From the NCBI RefSeq assembly GCF_004010195.1, contig NC_057758.1, positions 9,868,031 to 9,932,030 on the forward strand: DNA of 64,000 nt, read 5' to 3'. This DNA comes from Chiloscyllium plagiosum (taxonomy: Eukaryota). The number at the start of each line of letters is the position of its first letter. The stretch's first letter is position 1. The position numbers were made by a program, and so were the translations under genes. Positions 50,901 through 62,900 of this stretch are shown here, one piece after another. A model generated the notes under the pieces. It worked only from the letters and a program-made list of their open reading frames with translations. It ran no database searches and was not told where the DNA came from.

Positions 50901-53900
50901 TGATGATTGAGAGTAGACAGACAGGCAGCGATTTGATGGACAGAATTGTCCTGTATATTTACAGATGGTTGTCCCCTTTGTTTCCTGGCAGTGTTGAAGA
51001 TGGGTCAGATATCCAGTGGGTTATACAGAATGCTGCACTACTTCGGGGGTTACATCTGGGTGAAAACAGAAGCGACTTTGGTCTATGAGAACCAGAATAC
51101 ACGATCACCTTTTGTCATCTGCAATAATTATATATTGAGGTAAAATTAACATGTCTATATCCCACTAAATAGAAATGTCTTTCCTCTATTTCCCCTTCTC
51201 AATTCCCAGCCATGCTGTCAAATAAAGCATTTAATAATGAGGGGTTGGGAGTTAGTAAATAGAATCATACAGCACAGAAACAGACCCTTCAGCCCAATTC
51301 AATCATGCCAATCAGATTTCCTAAACTGATCTAGTGCCATTTGCCTGGGTTTAGTTCATATCCCTCTAAGATGGAAATGTGTTGCTGGAAAAGCGCAGCA
51401 GGTCAGGCAGCATCTAGGGAACAGGAGAATCGACGTTTCGGGCATTAGCCCTTCTTCAGGAAACGCTAATGCCCGAAACGTCGATTCTCCTGTTCCCTAG
51501 ATGCTGCCTGACCTGCTGCGCTTTTCCAGCAACACATTTCCATCTCTGATCTCCAGCATCTGCAGACCTCACTTTCTCCTCCATATCCCTCTAAACCTTT
51601 CCTATTCATGTACCTGTCCAAATGTCTTTTAAAAATTGTAATTGTACCTGTTTCTACCACTTTCGCTGGAAAATCATTCCATATACACACCACCTTGTGT
51701 GTTAAAAAGTTGCCCTTCATATTCCTTTCAAATCTTTCTCTGTTCAACCTTAAACAAATGCCCTCTACTTTTGAATTCCCCTACCCTGGGGAAAAGATCT
51801 TGGCTATTCACCTTATGTATGACCCACATAATCTTATAAATCTCAAAAAGGTAATCCCTTAGCCTCCTATGCTACAGGGAAACAAGTCCTGGCCTATCCT
51901 GCCTCTCCTTTAACTGAAACCTTCCAGTTTCAGTAACATCCTTGTAAATCGTTTTTTGCACCTTTTCCAGTTTAATAACATCCTTCCAATAGCAGGGCGA
52001 CCAGAATTGTATGCAATACTCCAAATGTGACCTTCCCAATGTCTTGTACAGCCATCACATGATGTCCCAACTTCTGAACTCATTGCTCTGACTGACGAAG
52101 GCAAGCGTGTCAAACGCCTTCTTCATCAGCCTGTCAAACTGTGACACCACTTTCAAGAAAATATGTACTCCTAAGTCTCTCTACTCAACATCACTCCTAA
52201 GAGCCCCAGCATCCTCACTTCTGACCTTATGAAGATCGGAGGGTTGCTGATGAAGAACTGAAGATGGTTGGGCCTAGGACACTACCCAACAACCTGCAGT
52301 GATATCCCAGGACTGAGAAGACTGACCTCTAACAACCATCTTCCTTTGTGCCAGGTTAAGATTCCAACCAGCAGAAAGTTTTCCCCTTCATTCTCATTGA
52401 TTCCTGTTGTGCTAGGGTTCATTAATGCCACACTTGGTTAAATGCTGCCTTGATGCTCACAGTTCTCCTTTGGAGTTCAGCTCTTCTGTGCACGTTTTGA
52501 CCAAAGCTGTAATGAATCGAGTGTCCCTGGCAGAATCCAAACTAAGTGTCAGTGAGCAGGTTATTAATTATGTAAGTCCTATCCTGGTTTGTCTCCCCAA
52601 AATGCAACACCGCACATTTATCTGCATTAACCTCCATATGCTAGTCCTCAGTCCACTGGCCCAGTTGATCAAGACCACATTGTATCCTTCGGTAACTTCT
52701 TCACTGTTCGCCACAACACCACTTTGGTGTCATCTGCAAATTTACTAACCAAGCTTCCTATATTCTCATTCAAAATGTTTACATAAATGATGAACAACAG
52801 TGGACCCCGCACTAGTTCTTGTGGCACACCTCTGGTCACAGGCCTCCAGTAGATAAAACAACCTTCTACCACCACTGTCTGTCTCCTACCGTCAAGCCAG
52901 TTTTGTATCCAATTGGCTAGCTCTCCCTGGATCATGTGATCTAACTTTACGAACCTGTCTACCATGTGGAACTTTGTCGAAGGCTTTGCTAAAGTCTACT
53001 TAGACTTTGTGTACTACTCTGTCTTCATCTATCTTCTTGGTCACTTCTTCAAAAAACTCAATCAGGTTTGTGAGACACAATTTCCCACACATAAAGCCAT
53101 GCTGACTATCCCTAGTCCTTGCCTTTTCAGATGCACGGAGATCCTGCCTCTCAGAATCCCCTCCATAAACTTACTCACCACTGATCTCAGGGTCACTGGT
53201 CTGTAGTTCTTTGCATAGAGGTGAGTAGGCTCAATTGTACGGGCATGGGATTAACAATATAGAAATTGGGGTTGTAATGGGGGTGTTATTAATGGGGTTT
53301 AAAGATTAATGATATGGAGTGGGGCTTAATGGTGAGGGGATTCAATTATTGATGGGAACTGGGGTTAATAATGGAGAAACTGGGATTAATGATGGACACT
53401 GGGGATTAAAAGTGGAGGAGCAGGAACTTATAGAATCACATATAGTGTGGAAGCAGGCCATTTGGCCCATCAAATCCATACTGACCATCCAAACAGCAAC
53501 CCACCCTGACCCACCTCTGTACCCCATAACCCTACATTTTGCATGGCTAATCCACCTGGCCTGCACATCCCTGATTACTACGGGGGAATTTAGCATGGTC
53601 AATCCACCTAACCTGTACATCTTTGTACTGTGGGGAGGGAACCCATACAGACACAAGGAAAATGTGCAATCTCCACACAAACAGTTGCCAGTGGGTGGAC
53701 TCGAACTCAGGTTCCAGGCAGCAGTGCTAACCACTGAGCCACCATGATGGGGAGTTGGGGTTTATGATGCAGCACGAGGAGTTAAGAACCCAAGAAATAG
53801 GAGCAGGAGGAAAGCACTTGGCTGCTTAAACGGCTGCTTAAACCTGCTCTGCCTTCTTTGAGATCGAGGCAGATTTACTCAAGCCTCAACTTTTCTTTTG

Positions 53901-56900
53901 TGTCAGCTCAGTTTAACACTCAACTCACAAATGTTTCCACCTCTACTTAAAATAGTTTCAGTGATCTAGCCTCTATAATCTTCTGCAGTAAAGAATTCCA
54001 CATATTCACTACCTTATGGTAGAAACAGCCAGTTTGGAGGGCTACAAGAGTCAATGAAGATCATCGTTAGTCAAGCTGTTAACTCCAGACTGATCAATTA
54101 CAATCACTTTTTAACCATCTGTTATGGTGGTATTTGAACCATGATCTCTAGATCTCCACTCTGGATCTCTGGAATACTGGTCCAGTGACATTATCATGAC
54201 ACTACCGCCACCTCTAATGATGAGGCTTAAAGAACAAAGAACAATATAGTACAGGACAGGCCCTTCACCAATACATTTTGCCCCTCCATACTAAAACTTA
54301 TCACTTACAGGATCTGCATCCCTCTATTCCCTTCCTATTTATGTATTCATCCAGTTGCTTCTTGAATGCTGCTATTGTGTCTGTTTTTACCACCTCCTCT
54401 GGCAGTGCGTTTGTGTGAAAAACTTACCTCGCATATCTCTTTTAAACATCCCCCCTTGAACCTGTTTCCCTTGGTAAGTGATTTGTCTACCCTGGGAAAA
54501 CGTCTCATACTTCTCACTCTATCCATGCTATACACATTCTTATAAACTTCTATCAGGTCGCCCCTCAACCTGCTGTCTTCCAGTGAAAGCAAACCCAATT
54601 TATCCAACCTTTCTTCATAGCTAAAATTCCCCTTACCAGGCAACACACTGGTAAGCCTTTTCTGTACCTTCTCCAAAGCATCTACATCTTTTTGGTAATG
54701 TGGTGTCCAGAACTGTACGCAATATTCCAAGTCTGACCTGAATAAAATTCTGTAAAGCTGCAGCATTAATTGTTTATCCTTATAGTCAATGCTCCTTCCA
54801 ACGAAGGCAAGCATGCCTTAGACCTTTTGTACTACCTTATCTACCTGCGCTGCCACCTTCGGTGATCTGTAGATCTGCACACCTAGATTCCTCTGCATAT
54901 CAATACTCCTAAGGGTTCTGCCATTCACTGTATAATTTCCACCTGTACTTCACCTTCCAAAATGCATCACCTCACATTTGTCCAGGTTAAACACTTTTGT
55001 CCAGATTTCTACTTATGCCTCCAACTGATCTATATCCTGCTGTATCCTCTGACAATTCTCCTCACAATCTACAACTCCGCCAATCTTTGTATCGTCCGCA
55101 AGCTCACAAATTAAACCAGCTACATTTTCCTCCAAATCATTTATGTGGATCACGAACAGTGGAGGTCCTATCACTGATCTCGATGGAACACCACTAGTCA
55201 TAGTCTTCCATTCTGTAAAGCGTCCTTCCACCACTACCCTCTGTCTCCTATGACTTAGCCAGTTCTGCATCCATCTTGTCAACTCACCCCTGAGACTATG
55301 TGACCTCACCTTTTGTACCTGTCTGCTGTGAGGGACCTTGTCAAAGTCCATGTAGATACATCAACTACTTTTCCTTCATCAATCATCTTGGTCACCTCCT
55401 CAAAAAACTCGATCAAGTTATTGAGGCATGACCTCCCCCACACAATCATGCTGTCTATCGCTAATTGGTCCTTTTGCTTCGAAATGCATGTAGATTTTGT
55501 TCCTGAGAATCTTTTCCAGTATTTCCCTACCACCGATTTGATGCTCATAGGCCTGTAATTTCCAGGATTATCCCTGCTACCCTTCTTAAACAGTGGGACA
55601 ACATTGGCTATTCACCACTCCTCTGAGACCTCACCAGTGGCCAAAGAGGATACAAAGCTGTCTGTCAATGCTGCAGCAATTTGTTCTCTTCATTTCCTCA
55701 ATATTCTGGGATAGATCCCATCAGGACATTGGCGGGGGGGTGGGGGGTGGGGTGATAGAGGAAATGGGGTTAATGCAGGATTCATATTTTGAGGAACGGG
55801 AGGTAATCTTATTGAGACCTGCAAAATACTTTTAAGATTTAGACAGGGTAGATGCTGGTGAAGTATATCCCCTGGTTGGGGAGTCGAGAACAAGGAAACA
55901 CAATTTCGAAACAAGCGGAGGACACTTTGGACTAAGATAAGGAGATTTTTTTAATGTATATTTTTGCAATACCCCAGATGACTGTGAAGTTTAGTCACTG
56001 AGTATGTTTAAAGTGGAGATTAACATCGTTCTAAATACCAGAGACATAAAGTGGAAATAGCATGGAGGAAAAGGTATCAAAGTAGATACTCAACGTTATA
56101 CTGAATGACAGAGCAGGCTTGATGGGCAAGGCCTACTCCTGTTCACATGTTCCAAGCTGAAAATTGACAATTTGTACTCCCTTTACAGTAGGCCTGAGCA
56201 AGAAGAGATACTATTCTCCATTGAGCAGACTAAATCTGACACAGGAGGAAGGGGACTTCCCACAGCCACAGTGTTACCCAGGGATGCTAAATGTGCTCAC
56301 ATAGGACCAAGACACAGACTGGAGCAGCAAGGCCATCAACCATGTGAAGTCAGCGAAACTGAAGCTCTCGAAGTTGGAATCTCAGGTAAGGAGGTGTCAG
56401 TGGGACAGGGAACAGTCTAGTGTGCATTGATCCTTCACAGGCATTTCTCACAATCAGACTCGAGTGTGGTGTTGGAAAAGCACAGTCAGTTAGGCAGCAT
56501 CCCAGGAGCAGGAGAGTCAACGTTTCAAGTATAATGACTGACACATTCCTGATGAAGAGCTTATGCTCGAAACATCGACTCTCCTACTCCTAGGATGCTG
56601 CCTGACTGGCTGTGCTTTTCCAACACCACACTCTTGACTCTGATCTCCACGATCTGCAGTCCTTACTTTCTCCCAATTGCTCACAATTAGTCAACTACAC
56701 TCGTGATAGGCAACAACCATTCCAACAAGCCAATCTAACCATTGCCCTTTGACATTCAATGATACTACCATCACTGAATCCTCCACTATCACCATCCTGG
56801 GGGCTACTATTGATCAGAAACTAAACTGGACCAGCCATATAGAGTGGCTACAAGAGCAGCTCTGAGTAAAGATTGGTAATTTCTGTGGTTAGGGTGAGCT

Positions 56901-59900
56901 AGAGTTTGGATCAGGGTTAGGAGAATTTGGGAAAGTGGGAAGTCTGGTTAGGGCTAAGGAACAGGGTTAAAGATTGGGAAGAGCTGAATTTGGAGGCAGC
57001 CAGCTTTGGGTGATCATAGTTAGAATTAGGACTAAGGTTCTAGAGTGGGGGGTTAGGAGGAGTCAGTGTTAGGGTTACAGTTGGGGGTTTGGGAAACAAC
57101 ATTAGGTATTAGGGTTTTGGGTTTTAACTTTGGAATTAGGGTTTAGAGATAAGGTTCGGGGTTGGGTGGAGATGAAGATTTAGGAAGAAACAGTTGTAAA
57201 TAGGGTTAGGGTAATATTTAATGACTGGGAGGGCTGGGATTAGTTTAAGGGATTGGGCAGTGGGGTTAGGTCTAGCGGGTGCATTAATTGCCATAGACAT
57301 TGGAAGGAGTTAGATTAAGGTTTGAGTTGGGATTTGGGTTTGGTGTTTAGAGTATCAGGACTTTAGTCGAGTTGGAATTTTTGAAAATTGATTTCTGGGA
57401 TGTGGACATCGAAGCAGGGCCAGTGTTTGTTGACTGTCCCTAGTCCCCAGGGGTACTGAGAAGGTGGTGATGATCTGTGTTCTTGAACTGCTGCAGTCCA
57501 TGTCTGGTAGATTGACCCACAATGCTGTTAGGGAGATTGTTCCAGGATTTTGACCCAGTGACACTGAAGAAATAATGATATATTTCCAAGTCAGGATGGT
57601 GCGTGGCTTGAAGTGGAACTTGTTCCCATGTATCTGCTGTACTTGTGGTGATTGTGGGTTTAAAAGGCGCTCTCTAAGGAGCCTTCGTAAGTTATTGTGG
57701 TGTATCTTGTAGATGGTATACTCTGCTACCTCTATGCATTAATAGTGGAGGGTTTGGATGTTTGTGGATGTGATGCCAATCAAGTGGGCTGCTTTGACAT
57801 GGATGGTGTCAAGTTTCTTGAGTGTCATTGGAGCTGCACTCATCCAGACAGGTAGGGAGTATTATCTCACAGTTCTGACTTGTGCCTTGTCATGGTGGGA
57901 CAGGCTTTGGAGAGTCAGCAAGTTGAGTTATTTGCTGCAGGATTCCCAGCCTGTGACCTGCTCTTTTGGCTGCAGTATTTATATGGTTAGGTTAGCTCAG
58001 TTCTGGTTAATTGTAATATTAAGGATGTTGACAGAGGGGCATTCAGTGGTGGGAAAAGCTTTCAATGTTAGACTCAGGCTTGGTCTTAGGCTTTGTGAAT
58101 ACATGGGATTTGGGGACTTAAATGTAAGTTTGGGATTAGGGGCTGGGAGGACCCTGGATTAAGGGTAGTGAGGCATCAGGTCTGCATTAAGATTGGTGTT
58201 AGTTTTTGTTCGGAGTTGGGTCTGCTGTTAATTGCAGTGTTTCTTGTTCAGGGATGCAGTGGTCTTATCAACATCACAACCTTCAACATCCACTTTCGTC
58301 AACCGATGCTGTGCCCCAGTCCCAAAGGCTGGCATTTGAGAATTCTCGACTCCTGGGCCTTGCAAGTGGAGCTGCCCTGACTAACCCCACATTAACTTCC
58401 TTTAGAAACATGACCCTTAGACCGAGCACCTTGTTCTCAGCAGCCAGCAGCAGCAACCTAACTGAGGTAAGTCAAAGCTTGTAGACCTTCAAAGAATTTA
58501 TCTGACAAGGGAGGGTTTGGGGAGGTGGCTTGAGAAGTTCAGGGAGAAGCTGAAAGGATACAGCATAAATCTCTCAGAGCCCCTGATGCTGATCAGTGGC
58601 CAATGAGTTGCCCAATCAATGCCCAACTAAGTACTGGTAACAGTTGGATAGTGGTACTTTGCAAGGTCAAACTGCCTGCCAGTGAGGGCTCAGGTGAGGA
58701 GCAAAAGGACTTGACACCACAATGAAACTGAGCACCTCTTGGGCAGATGATGAGTTACTACTAGAGGATCAAGAAAGCACTGTTGAGAGGGTGGAAGCAG
58801 GTTCAAAAGATACATTTAAAAGGGAATTGGATGGTAATTTGAAAAGGAAGGAAGTACAGAGTGTTATGAAGATGTGAGTGAACTATACCTTTTAAGAGAG
58901 TTAAAAGCTAGCAGTGACAGCACAGTGTTCTCAATAAGACACAATGTAACAGGTGCTCCAGCTAGCGGGGTAGCAGGTTGCCTGGAAATGACAAAAAACA
59001 GATTTGAATTAGGCCAATCAGTTTAAATTATACTCCGAAAAATACCAAACTCCAATCAAGTTTGAATTGAGTTTGTTGACAATCTGAAAAGCCAATGACA
59101 TAATCCGATGCTTTGAGGATATAACACAGGGGAAAATTGAACAGTTGGGAGGAGAACTGCCAAACTACCAGTATGTAAACAAACTGCCTGAAAAATAGCT
59201 CTCTTATTGATCAGTAAACTGGGAAGCAGAAATCCCTAAGAAGAAAAGAAGACACAGGAAGGTCCAAATAGAAGAACCAAAAGCTGCCTGGTTTTGAGAT
59301 AAGTTTTTTTTTGTAAATCTTAATTGGGAGTTTTGTCAGACTTGTATTATAGAAGGGAAAGCAAACAATAGGTTAGAGTAAGGACTTGTGAATAGTTGTT
59401 GGTTAATTAGTCTCTGTTATACTTTAAGAAATAAAGTTGTTAATTTTTACTTTAAATAGTTCTTGACCACTTGAATTTTTACAGATTACTGCACGGGATA
59501 ACTCTTTTCTGTGTTGCTGGTTTTACATTAAGGAGAGTTTACCTCATGTCATAACCACAGAGCAAGACAGGAAAATGGCATTAAGTGAGATGCTGATTTG
59601 GAGAGCTGGCACAGAGATAGTGGACTGAATGGTCTACTTCTACACTGTAACAATTGTGTGTTTGAGAGATTCCGCACTCAAAACCGCTAGATCCAGGAAC
59701 TCTCAGGGAAACCCATTACCATCAGCAGGTCAGGACTGAACAGAGCTCCAGTGAGATGGCTAATGTGGATCCATGAGCTTGGTTGGGTACCAGAGTCAGT
59801 GCAGTGCCTGAAGCATTTGAGGCTCAGAATTGAGACGAGTCAACAAAACCCCTTGTGCAGGTTCTGCCCTCACGGAGATGTGTTTTCTTCTGAGTGTAGG

Positions 59901-62900
59901 AATGGTTTGCCGATCACAATCTTGAGAACTTGGCCCCATTTATTCCAATGGAGGATGAAGAATTTCAGATGATTCCTGTGGAGAATTCGTGGCTCCGAGC
60001 TGTCCCAGGATATCAGACCCTGCATCACAGGGGCAACTGTGAGACTGCCAGGTAGAGCAAACCCCAGCAACATCTAGACTCCCAGCCGATACCCCAGGAA
60101 TACCTAGACGCCCAGCTGATATCCCAGCAGCACCTAGACTCCTAGCCCAAGACCCAGCAGTACCTAGACTCCCAGCTGATACTTCAGGAACATTCACCTC
60201 TCAGCCGATACCCCAGGAACACCCATCTCCCAGCCCGAGACCCCAGCATCACCTAGACTCCCAGCCGATACCCCAGGAACATCCATCTCCCAACCCGAGA
60301 CCCCAGCATCACCTAGATTCCCAACCCGAAACCCCAGGAACACCCACTCTCAGCCCAAGACCCCAGAACCATCCAGTCCCTCAACCCAAGACTCAGCAGC
60401 ACCTTATGCCTTCTTGACCTTGATACTCTTTAGAGAGGGAACAGCTTCTCCCAATCTACTCCATCCAGCCTGCTCATGATTTTGAAACACTTTATCAAAT
60501 CTCCTCTCATGCTTCTTCCTAATGTCATCAATCCATCCTCACAAGTGAACTTTCTCAATCAGAACCATTCTTCTAAATTGCTTCTGCATTCTTTCCTATG
60601 CATTCACATCTTTCCTATAAGATGGAGACCACAATTATACACAATACTGCAGTTGAGGTTCTAACAAGTATCTTAAACAAGTTCAACATCACCTCCTTCC
60701 TCTTGTAGTCTATGCTCCTATTAATAAAGCTAAGAAACACTGTGTGCTTATGAGCTGCTTTCTCTACCTGTCCAGTCACCTTCAATGATCTATGCAGAAA
60801 TACAGTCAGGTCCTCTGCTCCTGCCCCCCCCCCCCCCCTTTAGAATTGTACCCTCTATTTTATATTGTCTTTCAATGTTCTTCCATCCAAACTGAATCAC
60901 TTCACACTTTTCTGAATTGAACTTCATCTACCACTTCTCTGTCCATTCCACCAACCTGTCAATGTCTGATCGGAGTTCAAAGTTAAAAATCACACAACAC
61001 CAGGTTATAGTCCAACAGGTTTAATTGGAAGCACACTAGCTTTCGGAGCGTCGCTCCTTCATCAGGTGATTGTGGAGGGCTCCGAAAGCGTCGCTCCGAA
61101 AGCTAGTGTGCTTCCAATTAAACCTGTTGGACTATAAACTGGTGTTGTGTGATTTTTAACTTTGTACACCCCAGTCCAACACCGGCATCTCCAAATCATG
61201 ACTATTATCGGAGTTCCACACTGACCTCCTCACAGTTTGCAGTTCTTCCAAGTTTCATATAATCTGCAAACTTTGAAATTGTCTTCAGCACACCAAAGAG
61301 CTTGTCCTATCATGGATCCACCATCACTCGTATCCAGATTCAGCCCCACCTTGTGACCAAGTTACAGCCCTGAGTGTTCTGACCAATGGTCACAGGGGAT
61401 ATTATGCAATGTTGGAGGTGCCAGCATTCATTGTTATTTTGGGGAGCTGCTGGTGAGTTACTGGCTGTGACAGTGTTGGTAACATGCAGGTTGTGTCTCT
61501 GGTTACTGACACTGGTCCCTCTTGCAGGTTCTCTTCGAGCAGTGTCTGTGAGCTGAGCCTCCGCCGTGGCATCAAGAGGAACCATCAGACCGATTTGACC
61601 TGTGACTTGGCAGTGGTGAGTTGCAGGAAAAGGTTGCACTGAGCCCTTGTTGCAATAAGAAGCAATGCTGTGTTTGATGAGGATATTGTCATGGGAAATT
61701 TACTCTGTATCAATCCTGTGCTGTCCCTGTCCTGGGAATGTTTGAGGGGACAGTGTAGAGAGATCTTTACTCTGTATTTAACATGGTGCTGACCCTGTCC
61801 TGGGAATGTCTGATAGGGACAGTGTATGGAGAGCTTTACTCCATATTTAACCCTCTGCTTTTCATATCCTGGAAGTATTTGATGGGGACAGTGTAGGGGA
61901 AGGTTTACTCTATATCTAACACTGTGCTCTACCTGTCCTGGGAATGTTTGATGGGGAAAGTGTCGAGGGGAGTTTACTCTGTATCCAATTCAGCACTGTC
62001 ATTGTCCTTGGATTGTTTGATGGGAACAATGTTAAGAGAGCTTTGTACGATATCTAACACTGTTTTGAACCTGGATGGTATGTTTCAGTGTCTATGCAAG
62101 GACGGTTGTTGTGATGCTGAATGGCAGGGTCCCTTTCAGCAGAAGAGATTGAAGACTTTGAATGTATTGGATACAGAGGAGCAAAGCTGCCACAGAGAGA
62201 ATCTGAGCCTGTGGGATTGGAGAACAGGTAGGGGAAACAAAGCTCAGAATTTCATGGCTAGCTGTTTTTGGAAATGCAATTCTTTTGCCCTGTCGATCAC
62301 TCAGGCAGCCAATTGGTTCACCACTTGGAGGCTCACTGCCCAATCTTCATTAGATCCACGTTCACAAATGGATTTCCAGCTGTTTGGAAGACTGAGTAAG
62401 CAGTGATTAGGGATTGGAAATCTTATGGAGTTCTACGTAATCCCCACCTACCCACCAAAAAAACATGCAGACAAAGTGGTTTAGAAGGCATATGGAACAC
62501 TTTCCTTTATTAGTTGAGGTGTGGAGTTTAAGAAATGGGAGACTTTGGTGGAACTGTATAAAATGTTAGTAAGGCCACAACTACAGTATTGCATACAGTT
62601 CTAGAACCCACATTATAGCAGGGATGTGATAGCACTGGGCAGCATACAGAGGAATTTTTTCAGGATATTATCAGTTATGAAATTGAGCAGACTGAGATTG
62701 TTTTCCTTGGGACAGAGGAGATATAGAAAGTACATGATTAAAATGTATAATGTTAAGAGGGATTATAGATAGGGTAAACAGAAAAAAACTTTCCCCTTGA
62801 TGAAGGGATCAATGATCAGGGAACATAGTTTGAAAGTAAGGAGAGGAGGTTCAAGGATATGTAAGGAAAGTGTTGGGATCTGGAACTCTCTGCCTGCAAA

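Noticed and set aside
56880..57350. Telomere-like TTAGGG/GGGTTA-rich tract
   Set aside because: Too degenerate to call an interstitial telomere; treated as G/T-rich low-complexity DNA.
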